A stretch of 64,000 nt of DNA from Octopus sinensis (GCF_006345805.1 NC_043011.1:1364001-1428000), one strand, 5' to 3'; shown: positions 13,041 to 26,756, numbered from the stretch's first letter. Translations and numbers: made by a program. The notes: a model not told the origin generated them from the letters alone.

Positions 13041-13976
13041 CCCATAATCAGAGATTGTCAAAATTCATCCTTGATTTTAGCTTTGGCTTCCATTTCTGAT
13101 CCCCAATTCTAAAATATCCTACTGAAGTCATCAGCAAAGCAATCCACCACCAAATGGAAACATTACTAAATTACAAAATATTTCTTGACAGTATCAACAC
13201 CAAAGCTCTGATGAGCTGAAGAATCCTTATTGTAACTTACTGCAATTAGCCTGTGGAGGCTATGGCTTTTTTTTAAGAACAAACATTGTATCTTAAGAAT
13301 GGCACACACACACACACACTGATTATTGCATATTTATGTATATATATTATACCTGTGTGTATATGTATGTACTTTATCTTTTATTTCAATTCATTTGCAT
13401 TTCTCTTATAAAGGAGTTGGTTTATAACAAAGAAACAAAATATTTCACTAATAACAATGAAAAAATGCTATATAATGAATTTTAGAAAAGTTTTGTATAT
13501 TTGTACTCTTATACTTACTGATCATAATTGCTAAGAGTATATTAGCTGGTAACCTTTTATGCCCGCAAAAACCAGATTTCTAAGATTGCAATTTAGACAT
13601 ATAGTAACATAACCAAGTTCACTAATAATTATTGGAACAAATATTTATTTATAATCTTTACAGTTTGAAGCAGTTAACCACCAATATTTTCTTTCTTATT
13701 AAATTTTAAAGAATTGCTAACATATGCAGGACAGCTGAATTTTATAACACCATAAAGTTTCTTCTTTATCACCTACAACCATATCAAGCTTATTATTTTT
13801 AGATTAGGTAGATGTTTTAATTGGAATGGTCCACCAATAATCCTTGTATTAAGCCATTTGTATGTACAGAACCTTAGAAATATTTCTGTATTTGTCCCAC
13901 AAGAATCTTTCTTTTGTATGGCATTGTGTAGTTTTAACAACGTTGGCAGCATGCCACATTGGAAGGTAATGTCTTA

Positions 13977-14278
13977 ATTCCTTCCTTCTTGAGCCATGCC
14001 TGGCTCATAAGGGCCGGTTTCCTGGTTTCCGTGGCGTATAGGTCCCCCACCTGGACGGGACGCCGGTCCGTTGCAGGTGAGCTGCAAGATTCAGAAGGAA
14101 AGAGTGAGAGAAAGTTGTGGCGAAAGAGTCAGCAGAAGTTCGCCATTACCTTCTGCTGGAGCCACGTGGAGCTTAGGTGTTTCGCTCTTCAACACACACA
14201 TCGCCCGGTCTGAGATTCGAACCCACGATCCCTCGACCGCGAGTCCGCTGCTCTAACCACTAAGCCATGTGCCTCCAC
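13977..14278 (-). mobile_element. SINE family C variant (same head, different tail)
   Basis: Minus strand GTGGAGGCACATGGCTTAGTGG...GGGTTCGAATC; core shared with the 9703 copy, 3' part different. Confidence 0.8.
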
Positions 14279-15104
14279 TAATGTATAGAGAGACAAATAT
14301 GAACAGCTGCTGATTACATTGTATATCGTCCTCAGACATGTGATGTAATCAGCATTTTCAGAAGCATGTTGGATGTTCAAACACTTCCTGTTCTCTTTAG
14401 TTCATTTGATATTTTGTTCCTGTCTCCTGCTCTTGATCAGCAAAAGCATCACTGCAAACCAGTTACATAATGCAGTGGTCATGAGTCAAAGAATGTTTAC
14501 ACCTCATGCTGATATTTTCATTGGAGATTAGCATTTGATGTGTGAGTGAGTGTGTGTGTGTGTTTCTGTTTTCACCTTTTAAATTTTTAACGAGGGGGAA
14601 AAAGTTGGTTTTTAATCCAGAAACAATACATTTTCATTGGAATTTAGACAAAATGTGCTTCTATGTATGTTGTTGTTGTTTGTTGTTTGTTCCTTATCGA
14701 GCCATGAATCTGCAATGAATCTGCAATGTTTATGTGTGTGAATACTGACAAATATGTGTCCATATACAGCTACTTATTGGCTAAACTTCTGGAATATTTT
14801 ACATATTCTCACAGTACCTTTAATGGCTAGTAGCTGTAATATCTTGATTAGTCATGTTCTTTCTGCTGTTGAGAAGACCATCTTCTGAAGATTGGGATTA
14901 ATGGAATTATTTACTCATCCAATTGTTACAATAATTAAAGTTAGAAATCGAAAGGTGATAGCTCTATGTGACATAACTGTAGATTTCTCATTAGTTCAAC
15001 ATAAATGTTTTTTATGCTAGAACTTAACATTATTTTGCATAGTTTCTTTACTCTGTTCCAAATCATTACGTCTGATTATTAAGCTTGCATTTTACTGATG
15101 ACAG

Positions 15105-15131
15105 CTTCACAGATCTGGGCCAATTGTGATG
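15105..15131 (+). other. Candidate 27-nt microexon
   Basis: ttgcattttactgatgacAG|CTTCACAGATCTGGGCCAATTGTGATG|GTAAGG; length is a multiple of 3; open in two frames (LHRSGPIVM or SQIWANCD); no partner exons identified. Confidence 0.3.
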
Positions 15132-15289
15132 GTAAGGATTAAGCAGCTATCAGTCTAATCTTAAATTCATTATGCACAAACATCTATCAGTTTGAAATTT
15201 ACTCATTAGTAAGAGATTCTCTTGTGTGAAAATTTAAAGCTGTTCTGTTTCAATGGAACCGGCCTCTGTTCTGTGCAGCATCAGCTCTT

Positions 15290-15303
15290 GTTGCCTAGGT
15301 AAC
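15290..15303. promoter_or_regulatory. RFX X-box motif
   Basis: GTTGCC-TA-GGTAAC matches GTNRCC-N(0-3)-RGYAAC and lies in apparently non-repetitive sequence. Confidence 0.35.
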
Positions 15304-18300
15304 CATTTCCAGGTAGCCTGTCTGCATGACAGGTGGATTTCTATTTGAAAAAAAGAAAAGGAATACGAATTTGATAAGATTAGGAAATTGAATGCAATAA
15401 CGATAAGATAAATTCCTAGTAACATATCCCATGGTAATATCATATAACTAAAATAGAATTCAATTTCAGTTCATTGAATAATTAAAAGCAAACATTCAGT
15501 TAATAATAACAATGCCGTTTCTTCTTATCTCTTCCATTTTTTTTGTATTTCTGATTTACATAATGTTGGATTAAGAGAACATTTTGAAAATTTCCTGTCT
15601 TGTCTTTGACAACTCAATTTATCCATCACCATTCAAATAATAATTCTTAGAATAGACTCTTAAAATGGAAATATCGGTTTTCCTATTTGCTTTTACCAAT
15701 TCAGTGTTATTGATGATAGAGAACTGCTCAGATTTAGATCTCAAGCTGACAAGTTTCCTTTAATATCTTACGAATGATATGCAGCATCACAATCTGTATT
15801 TACTTTCTGGAATCTTATATCTAAATTCGCATAATTATAAAAGAAACAAATGGGATGAGTAACAAGTTGTGTGTTGTTCCGTGTCCTTTCAAACTGATCC
15901 TGCAAAATAATTACCTTTCCTTTTGGACTGAAAAACATCTGCAGCAAATATTTTTACAAAAGTTACTGCGACTTCTATTTTATGGTAAGAAAATTGTCTT
16001 AATTATGTGCAGTGAAAATGTGTCAAATATCCTTTTTCTAAGAGTGATAAAATTCAGTCTACTGGATGGTAGGAACACCACTGAAGACTCTGTTTTAGAG
16101 TAATATACTTAGAAAGTGACACACTAATGAAGACTATCTCTCTCAAAGCTATACTTGCAGAAGTTGAACTCTGATCTAAGTACCGATAAAAAAACATTTG
16201 TCAATTTTAACATTACTACCACTGCTTGAAATAGAAATTAATGCTTTCCATTCCCTGTCTGTTTATAGTTAAGAAAGGGATATTGTAAATTGAAGTGTCT
16301 TGGCCACAAACCCAAGGCAGAGTTGAGAAGACATGATGTTTCAGTCTCCTCACTAACTTTTAGACTCCTCCTAATGCCTTGTACACTAATCTTTGCCTGA
16401 ATACCTTACCTCTAATAACCAAAAGGAATATTATTGGCTGAACATGCAGATACATCTTCCAAGATACATAATGCCTTCTTTTGTAACTTTGGAGTTTTGT
16501 TGTTTACTTTCTCGCTTCTGAACTTAGAATGAAATTCTGCAGGCATACATATTAGTTCCTGATATTAACCTGAGAATAATCTGCAAATCTCAGAACTATA
16601 AACAATTGTGGCCACTTTTGATTCTAACCATGACTCAAATTTAGCCTTGCAATTGTGCAAGATGCCAGTTCAGATATTAAGAACTCTGTAATGAGATACA
16701 TTAATTAATTTTTTTATTGCATAAGACTTCAAAGTTCCTATGTATTCTTTCCTGTCAGCTGGTGTTTGCCTTGAGAACAATCAGTTGAAATATTTAGGCT
16801 CATGCCTGTAACTATTTTCTATTGGGCCCCATTTGGGACCCAGTTTTCCCAGTGACAGGAGGTAGGATTTAAACCCAGAGTGCAAAGAACTCTAACAGAT
16901 ATCATGAAGTATCTTATCCAAACTGCTAAAATACTGCTGGTCCACCTACTTGTGCTATTTATCAACTGTGAAAAGAAGAAAGATAAAGCTGGTCAGGAGG
17001 CACAGATAGCCAAAACAAATATCACAAAGAATATTACTCGATACTCTAATAACTTTGTCCAAGCTACATCCAGTCAGGAACTTTCAGGGTTACCTATTAT
17101 AATGTTAAAAACTAGGTATTTAATTTTACAAAGGGACTAGTTTCTTTGTCAAAACGGGGAAAGGATTGTCAGTTAACAGATTAAGTTGAACAAACTAATG
17201 AAAAATTTAGTGCAAGAGACAGTATAGATATGATGCAATATAGTTGAATGTAATATTTAGCATAGATAAAAGTAATACACACGTCAATGCTGAATGCTGT
17301 AGTCACTAGTGAGGAAGAGTCACCAAAGGTTAACAATGATATAACAAAATGGCTGTGGGAAAATATCAACTAATATTTTTACAAAATATTAAAATGTTGA
17401 TCTTTAACTTGATAATCTATTCTCCATCTCAAAAAAAAAAAAATATATCAAAACCCATAGTAAAATTAAAGACCTAATTTTCTAAAGTTTGTACTAAATA
17501 ACTTTGAGGATCTTTACCGAATGTATCTTTATTATGGACATTGTGTCTTGTCTTTATTAAAGCTTTTATAGGAATGTTTTGCATTAATGTTTGAAGATAA
17601 CTACAGAAGTAATTGTCAAACTGTAGATGCAATATTTCTTTTCACATAATTGGTAATTCTTGAGTATATTTTCATTCTCAGAACGTCAATACACAAAACA
17701 TTTTTTTAAGAACTACATTGTCAAAACAATGAATTTCACACTTGGAATGAAAAACATGTCGGTATTAACTTGGAAGATAAAATAAGAGATAAAAAAATTT
17801 GTAAAGAACCAAATTTTCGGGTTTGGTTAGATCTCTTCTTACACACTTTGAGTTCAATTTCACTAAGATAAACTTTCTGCTGTTCATAAAAATATGAACC
17901 AGTCAAGTCGATTAAATCAATTTCACTTTTATAGCGTTTTGCTGTGGGCTTAAACTAGGAATCAATATTAAGGAAAGTGATATTTCAAATTTCTTACTGT
18001 GAACATTAAAAGGAGACACTTAAGTGAATTACAAGTTCGTACCTATTTGTATACATGCATTTTATTTTAGCTTGTCTTTACAAGCTAAAGTATCTTTACA
18101 AATATGTCAATAAAATATATTTTACTTCACTTGATATTAATTTTTTTCTGCCCTTTTTTTATCTGTTTTTCTTCTTTTTTTTAATACTTGTTTGGGAAGG
18201 TTTTTTTTGTTGAAACATTATTCTTACAGCTGGTCGGCTTTCAGTGGATTTTCAGACAACAAAACCGAAGCAACCAGCAAATTGTCTCACTTAGAGATGC

Positions 18301-18493
18301 ATCAAGTTCAAGATATGAAACGAAATGTGAACTTGTAGCCAAATAGACTTTAACATTACAGAGAATATGTAATTTTTATATTAAATTGTAATCTGGAATT
18401 TTTGACGTGTACATAATAGTTTCTTAGCATATTTTGAAAAGATATTTTCAATTGTAAAATTTTAAAAAATGAAATATTCTTCTTTTTCTTCTT

Positions 18494-18535
<42 letters not shown>

Positions 18536-18641
18536 ATAATAATAATAATAATAATAATGGCTTCAAACTTTGGCACAAAGCCAGCAATTTTGGGGAGGGT
18601 GTAAGTTGATTACATCAACCCCATTACTTAACTCGTAGTTT

Positions 18642-19369
18642 ATTTGGTCTGTACAGTCGATGGGAGACCATTGACTAGTCCAAATTACCAACTACCTGAT
18701 TTATTGCCAAAGATGTGTGGGTTCGGGCATTGTCCAAGCTGCTATTTTATTGACCCTGTAAGTATGAGAGGCAAAGCTGACCTTCACAGAAAACAAGCTT
18801 TGAAGACAAACTTCAAACTATTGCCAACAACCACTGACTCAAATCACCAGTGAATGGACAAATTAATTAGTGTGGTCAGATGAGTCACAGTACAAAAAAG
18901 ATGTGCAAAGTAGGAACCTCAGCAGTTGACAATGATTTGAAGAAGAGAAGGGTGGAAATCTGCTGGTGGCACTGAACATCAGAAAGACATAAATGTTTAG
19001 GAAGTCTCCATCCACAGAATGATGCCATATCTCTTCTCCGAGTTCTAAGAAGTTCAAGAGCCAATAATCAGCACAGAAATTCATAGTGATTGTCTTGGGG
19101 ATGACAGAAGTGTCATTCTTCTTGATTTTCAGGAATAGGATTGTACTTTTGTACTTTGAACAGTGAGAAGTACATTGATATATTAAAAAATTTTTTTAAA
19201 ACAATTAAGAGAAGCTATTAGGAAGAAGAGACTGAACAAGATTTTGAAAATGATCCATATTCAATTATCGGACAATTCCTGAACCCACACACCTTTGGCA
19301 AAAAATCAGGTAGTTGGTAATTTGGACTGGTCAATGGTCTCCCCCACCTATCTATTGTACAGACCAAAT
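18642..19369. repeat. ~95-bp inverted repeat pair (18642-18735 and 19270-19369)
   Basis: ATTTGGTCTGTACA...GGGCATTGTCC versus GGACAATTCC...TGTACAGACCAAAT; the left copy interrupts a family-B SINE. Confidence 0.8.
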
Positions 19370-19670
19370 CTATCACATTCCAATTTTGGTCTGTTAATCC
19401 AATGCAGGAACAATGATTTGACGATCCAAAAGAGGTGAAAGTTGATGTGAAGAAGCAAATTCCCTCCTTAACATCCTTAAAGAGAATTTGAGAGTTTGGT
19501 TCAACTATGGCACAAATGCATTGCTTATGATGGAGACAATGTTGAGTAGCATCTTTGTATAGAAGCGTTACTCTACCGGCATGTGAAATTTGAATACCCT
19601 ATATCAATTAATATAAAATGTTATGCCTATTTTTACATTACTTTTGGTTCAATCCTCAACTGTATATATT

Positions 19671-19857
19671 TGTGCCGGTGGCACATAAAAAACACCCACT
19701 ACACTCACGCTGTGGTTGGCGTTAGGAAGGGCTTCCAGCTGTAGAAACACTGCCAGATCAGACTAGAGCCTGGTGTAGCCTCCTGGTTTCCCAGACCCCA
19801 GTCAAACCATCCAACCCATGCCAGCATGGTAAACGGACGTTAAACAATGATGATGAT
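19671..19857 (+). mobile_element. Repeat family D, 3' part
   Basis: GTTGGCGTTAGGAAGGGC...CCATGCCAGCATGG...GATGATGAT; reverse complement of the 11828 and 31614 copies. Confidence 0.8.
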
Positions 19858-19922
19858 ATATATATACACACACACATACACACATACACACACATATATA
19901 TATGTATATATATATATATATA

Positions 19923-20046
19923 TACCGGAGTAAACACATAAATGTGAAACAAGGTGGAAAAAAGAGTACTCAAATACCAGCGGTAGAGTAATATGCTTTA
20001 TTTAAAAGCCAAAATTCAACAAAACCTGTTACTCTGAGTTTCACGT
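19923..20046 (-). mobile_element. PLE pLTR-like fragment retaining only the 3' half of a hammerhead
   Basis: Minus strand ACGT-GAAA-CTCAGAG-TA-ACAGG; embedded in (TA)n; no CTGANGA half. Confidence 0.4.
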
Positions 20047-20123
20047 GTGTATGTGTATATATATATGTGTGTGTGTATGTGTATATATATATATGTATGT
20101 GTATATATATATATATGTGTGAC

Positions 20124-20190
<67 letters not shown>

Positions 20191-20598
20191 ATATATATAT
20201 ATGTGTGTGTATATATATATATAAATATGTCAGTGTACATATATATATGTTCTCTTGTCTCCAAGCAATCAAACTGTTTTCTCTTTACTGACATGCCATG
20301 TCAAACATGTCAAATTCCTGATACTTGAGATTATATCCCCATCTCATTTTTCTCATTTGTTGTAAGTCAGCTGTTTACACATCTAACAAGAAGATAATTT
20401 CAATAAATAATGAATATGTCTTATGTAGTATTTGAAATACACTCATTCATCTTTATTACCCATATACATGCACTGGTCATTCTGCACTATTTCTCTCTTA
20501 ACTAGCCTTTTTTTAAATTATGCAACATAACCTAGACTATAAAGGCTTTTTAACATTTTTTGGGGCCTCGTCTGCTCGATCAAAGTTAAGACAACTAC

Positions 20599-20637
20599 TG
20601 AGCTGATGATGCCAATTGAGGTAGAAGTGCATATTCA
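20599..20637 (+). ncRNA. Degenerate minimal type-I hammerhead motif
   Basis: TGAG-CTGATGA-TGCC(AATTGA)GGTA-GAAG-TGCA-TA-TTCA: stems I and II pair with G-U, TGCA is palindromic, GAAA has become GAAG. Confidence 0.5.
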
Positions 20638-20961
20638 CTGCATTCATCTTAACTCAAGATAATCAAACATTTATCTAAATGGTATGTAAATTTCAGAAAA
20701 TTGTAGATTTTTGAGGTCGTTTCCTCATTTGGAGTTGGTCACAGTTGCCACAAAGCATTTGTTTATTCTAATCTCAAAGAGAAGATAATTCCAATAAATT
20801 AAGAATTCAAAGAAATAATTCTGTTTGTGTGGAATAGCCATTTCATGTAAACATATCAAACATGTTCAGTCAATCTATGGGATCTGAATTTTTAACATTG
20901 AGTGAGGGAAAACTAAACGCACCACGACATTTCATTGGGCACTCTACCATTTCTGCTAATG

Positions 20962-22011
20962 ATTATACCAAAATATAATTATACCAAAATATAATATTAT
21001 ACCAAAATATAATTATACCAAAATATAATATTATACAAAATATAATTATACCAAAATATAATTATACCAAAATAATTATACCAAAATATATTATACCAAA
21101 ATATAATTATACCGAAATATAATTATACCAAAATATAATTATACCAAAATATAATTATACCAAAATATAATATATACCAAAATATAATATATACCAAAAT
21201 ATAATATTATACCAAAATAATTATACCAAAATAATTATACCAAAATATAATTATACAAAATATAATATTATACCAAAATATAATTATACCAAAATATAAT
21301 ATTATACCAAAATATAATATTATACCAAAATATAATTATACCAAAATAATTATACCAAAATATAATATTATACCAAAATATAATTATACCAAAATATAAT
21401 TTTACCAAAATATAATTATACCGAAATATAATTATACCGAAATATAATTATACCAAAATATAATATTATACCAAAATATAATATTATACCAAAATATATT
21501 ATTATACTAAAATATAATTATACCAAAATATAATTATACCAAATTATAATTATACCAAAATATAATATTATACCAAAATATAATTATACCAAAATATAAT
21601 ATTATACCAAAATATAATATTATACCAAAATATAATTATACCAAATATAATTATACCAAAATATAATTATACCAAAATATAATTATACCAAAATATAATT
21701 ATGCCAAAATATAATTATACCAAAATATAATATTATACCAAAATATAATATTATACCAAAATATAATTATACCAAAATATAATTATACCAAAATATAATT
21801 ATAGCAAAATATAATTATGCCAAAATATAATTATACCAAAATATAATATTATACCAAAATATAATATTATACCAAAATATAATATTATACCAAAATATAA
21901 TATTATGCCAAAATATAATTATACCAAAATATAATTATACCAAAATATAAATATGCCAAAATATAATTATACCAAAATATAATTATACCAAAATATAATA
22001 TTAAACCAAAA
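20962..22011. repeat. Minisatellite, consensus ATTATACCAAAATATA (16 bp, with 14- and 18-bp variants)
   Basis: About 1.05 kb of directly visible tandem units. Confidence 0.97.
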
Positions 22012-22259
22012 GAGGGCATGTAACAGATACAGTTTTGGTCAGTCTGAGGAAAGCTAACAAACTATTTATAGTTGTATTTGCAGAATAATAATAGTCACAA
22101 CACTGAGACTAATTTCCCTAAAGATGTATAAATAACTCTGAGAGATACAATCACAAGTAATTTGTTGTTTTACCAATTCATTTCTTTTCTTTTCTTGTTT
22201 ATGTTTCTTACATTCATTATTAAAAACATTCTTAATAAACATTTAATAACACACACGCA

Positions 22260-22378
22260 TTTATATATATACATAAATATGTATGTATGCATGTATGCAT
22301 GCATTTATGTATGTATGTATGTATGTATGTATATATATATATATTATATATATATATATAAATTATTTTATATATATA

Positions 22379-22431
<53 letters not shown>

Positions 22432-22740
22432 GTTTAGATGAATGTGCATGTATACATGTGTGTGTATGTATATATATGTATTTATATACATTTAATGTTG
22501 TGTATGTATATATATACATATATATATACGTAATCTATATATATATTTATATATATATACGTATAAATACATATATATATAATACGTACACACACACACA
22601 TATATATACACATATATATGTATATATGTAATATATATACATATATATATACACACATACACACACATACATACATACATGCATACATACATACATACAT
22701 ACATACATATACATACGTATATGCACACACACACACATAC
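22260..22740. repeat. (TA)n/(TATG)n/(CA)n compound microsatellite
   Basis: Directly visible. Confidence 0.95.
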
Positions 22741-23819
22741 AGAGTAAGAGAGAGAATTATTATTGTCTGCTTTATAATTTTTATTGATCATTGTAGAGAC
22801 AGTTGTAAAGGAAATTACATTTATCATCGAGGTTCTATTCAGATTATATGATGCTGCAAAAACAAATGTATTTATGAAGCATTGTATTATACATACAAAT
22901 AAGTTTCGTTGATATTCATACGTAATTTTTTTTTATTTTCATTATGTTAATCTTTAGTAAAAATCTCAAAGACATGGCAGTGTAGACAGACGCAGGCTGT
23001 GTGTTTAAGAAGTTCATTTTGCAATTACTTAGTCTTTGGTTCTGTCTGACTGAATAGTGTCTTCCACGATGATAGTGTTTTGACTAATACCTGGTAAATG
23101 AAATTAGTAGTGGAGAGTGTGTGGAAGCCTGTCATTTACGTGTGTAAGAGGAAAGAGGTGCATGTGAATGTCTCTATGTGTTTATGCCCTTAGCAGTGAA
23201 ACAAATGGAGATTATTGAATAAAGCAACAGGTTTTAAAATAAGTATTGTGGTCAATATAATTGATTAAATCTCTTCAAAATACTGCCCTAGCATGATTGG
23301 AGTCACTGTAACAAGAAAAGCAAAAATGAATAAAAAATGGAAAAGCATTGCCTTCATTACATTAAAAATGCTGGGCTTCCTCTTTAAAGACAGAAAATAC
23401 TGAGCCCTTAGAAAGCTTAAGTGCAATGCCACTTATGAGTCATGCTTTCATATCCATATTCCACATGTACAAACATCTAAGATCAAATATGAGACAAGGC
23501 CATTTCCAGAGCAGTCAGAAGACAAGTATGGTACAGAACTTTAAAGCTTTAGAGAATATTTGTACTTAGAACCTTCTTATTTTCTAATAATGAAACAACC
23601 AAATTTTAAATGCACTTACTTACCCCTAACAGTATCTCAGCTGCTGTTTTTAGCTTTTGGCAGAACTTTGCATAGTAGCAGGTTGAAGTAGGTTTTAAAG
23701 TTCTGTACTAGCCTTTTCCTCTGTCTGCTCTGAACTTTTGAGCAATTGCCAATGGATTGTAGCACACAGCTTCGTGGAACTGAGCAGCATGCACCCGTCA
23801 CACTACAACCAGTAAAAAA

Positions 23820-24085
23820 GGGTTTCAAATGTTGATAGAAGGCCAGCAATTTCAGGGAACGGTGCTAGTCAATTACGTTGATAGAAGGCCAGCAATTTCA
23901 GGGAACGGTGCTAGTCAATTACAACCTCCCCCCCCCCAGTGCTCCACTGTTACTTATTTTATCAACCTTGAAAAGAATGAAAAGCAAAGCTGACCTCAAC
24001 AGCTTTTGATCTCAGAACATAGAGTCAAAAGAAATGTTAAGCATAAGCATTTTTCTGGTGTGCTGACAATTCTGCCAGCTTGCTG
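23820..24085 (-). mobile_element. Degenerate SINE family B with an internal perfect 46-bp tandem duplication (23831-23922)
   Basis: GTTGATAGAAGGCCAGCAATTTCAGGGAACGGTGCTAGTCAATTAC occurs twice; family-B core follows. Confidence 0.7.
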
Positions 24086-25076
24086 TATAGCTTATAATAA
24101 TAAATGTTTCTAACATAGGCACAATGCTATAACCTTGGGAAATTATTTTTTTCTTGTTGAATCCAAATATTTCTTAAGCTTAGTTTAATATCTAATTAAA
24201 AGATTAATTTAAAAGCGCCAATCTCATTGAAATCAAAATTCTTCAACAAAAGCTTCTTTAGAATTGATAATTTTAAAAAAATAGTAATAGCTAGTTACTT
24301 TATTGTAATGATTAACTACTGTAATTTTTAATATTTTATTACTATTGAAGTCTCTTTAAGAAATTAACAAAGTATTTATGTTAAAATTGGTTTTCTTTAA
24401 CTGACAGATAAGAACATAAAATGAAATGTATTTTGGTTTTATGATAGTGGTGTAAATGTTATTGAGATTTAGAAGTTCACTAAAGATATTGTTTGAGAAT
24501 ACACTATACACAATTATGCATTCAAAATACATCATTCAAAGTATAAACAAATAATAATTCTCAAGCACACATGCATACATATACAAACATATTTTCCCAT
24601 ACTCATATACATACCAGATTATTTAATTAGCTGAGAAATAATTATGGTACACTAACTACTTAATTGCTGAATATTTTATTATTATCAATTCAATGTAACC
24701 CAATAAAAGACAGCTTGCAAGATTTAGTAGCTATATGCTACTGCAGTTATGGAAAATACTTTTGTGATTTTTCTATGCAAAGCTTTTAGAATTACTTTAT
24801 TGACTGTTAAAATTACTGGCTAAATGCCCAATCTATTAGCATAGCCAAAATGATTGAGACAATTAGAAATGACTATTACATAATGCTTCTAAAGATTCTG
24901 TTACAAAGGAAATCAACTCCTCAGCCTTATTTGTCAGTTAGTCAGTGATCCAAAAATAAGCTTCTTTGATGTTGGCTCCCAAAATTCTGTTTACTCCGAG
25001 TACTATAATGACAACTTTTTACTGTTTGTCCTAAATCATATATATATATATATTATATATATATATATATAATATA

Positions 25077-25240
25077 GGCGCAGGAATGGCTGTGTGGTAA
25101 GTAGCTTGCTTACCAACCACCTGGTTCCAGGTTCAGTTCCACTGCATGGCACCTTGGGCAAGTGTCATCTACTATAGCCTCGGGCCGACCAAAGCCTTGT
25201 GAGTGGATTCGGTAGACGGAAACTGAAAGAAGCCCGTCGT
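25077..25240 (+). mobile_element. SINE family A (tRNA-derived, CORE-like), 5' part
   Basis: GGCGCAGGAATGGCTGTGTGG (A box)...GGTTCAGTTCC (B box)...ACCTTGGGCAAGTG. Confidence 0.85.
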
Positions 25241-26756
25241 ATATATATATATATATATATATATGTGCATTTGTGGGCACAGGATGTCATAAAACATGTA
25301 CAACAAAAAAATATGAAGTACAAATACATGGAATATGAACTATTTTTTTTAACAATGAAAGACACAAATGAAAAACAAGACAAACAACATAAAGAACGAC
25401 CCTTCATCAGTTGTTGGCTGTTTTTTTATATATATATGTAATTTCTATAAATTCCATCTACTAAGCCTTATTGAAACTAAATCTAACATGTATTAATTCC
25501 CCACTAAGCCTTTCTTTAATTACAGCTATGCTTTATGGTGTAAGCCAAATATTTGTTTGTCTTATTAACAACACAGTGTTACGAGTAAGAGATATCAATC
25601 ATATGTACTCAAAGTATTTTTTATTCTTTCTAAAAGTAAATATTGACTCTGTAGCTTCAGCTTATAAAATGGTTACCCTCAAAAGATTCACAGTTCATCT
25701 GCTTTTAGAAATCTCTTCAAGAACCACTCTAGCCTAACATAGTAAGAATTATATCAGTGAAGCCAGCTTTGATTCCAGAACTAATAAATATTTTGAACTT
25801 TCATCTAAATGATTAAAAATGTTTGTATCTCATCATTTCTGTTAGCTTCTGTTTTTATCTATGCTTTACAAGTCTTGTGGAACTGCTGTCCTGGTAATAG
25901 TAGTTGTGGTTATAAATATTGATCCTAATTTGTTCAGCATGAGGAAATATGTCAGGAAGAAAGCTGTAGGATAAAGCTTTTGATTGCTACGTGCAACCAT
26001 AGCCATCACATCTTTATTAGTGTTTTTCTTGTCAACATATTTGGACTTAATACGTTGTCTCTATTTGAAATAATTGTATGGATTTTATTGAATGAAATAT
26101 GGCAGGTAAATTTATTAGGTTCTTGATAAAATATTACTGTTGTTTTGCTCCAAGTCAACTCTAATCAAGTAGTTTATACGATTCATATCATTTTAACAAT
26201 GAGTGTTTCATTCAGTTTAAAAAAATAGTTTTCTAAACTACTGTATCCTAAGAAGTCTTGTGGGGTTAGTGGAAGACTTGGCTATTATTTCTTGTTGACT
26301 CAATTGGTTTACTTGAAGTTTCTTTGTTGGCACACCTGGTTAATATGTACTGAACCACATAACACTTTGCTTGAAGCATTTGACTCTTCAATTTCCACCA
26401 AAATATCAAAATGCATTCATTGTATCTACTCAACAAGCAAACAATCTCTCAGAAATTACCTTCCCTGATTGGTCTACTATTGAGCGGGAAAATATATATT
26501 AGCTTCTAAGTGTTTAGTTATTGTTTACTGTGCAATGAATGCTAATTATTGTATGGTGACTCTGGTAAATATGATAGGCGTTACAAGGTGTTACACTTAG
26601 ACTTTGACTTCTATGAAATGGATTTGTTGGACACAACTAGAAAACTGCTCTCAGGGAGTTAGAATTTAAGTATGTTATGTGGTTTAAGCATGCTATGTTA
26701 TATGGATATATTCATAGTTGATGATATAGATATATACTTGTGAGATATTTTAGAAA

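Noticed and set aside
16081-16110. CTGAAGA-CTCT(GTTTT)AGAG hammerhead-like start
   Set aside because: No GAAA and no stem I partner; the CTGANGA matches at ~13208, ~14886 and ~22054 fail the same way
20962-22011. CRISPR-like appearance of the regular repeat
   Set aside because: No unique spacers, no cas genes, eukaryotic context
25395-25420. Minus-strand CTGATGAAGGG in a pLTR-like fragment
   Set aside because: The rest of the hammerhead core is absent
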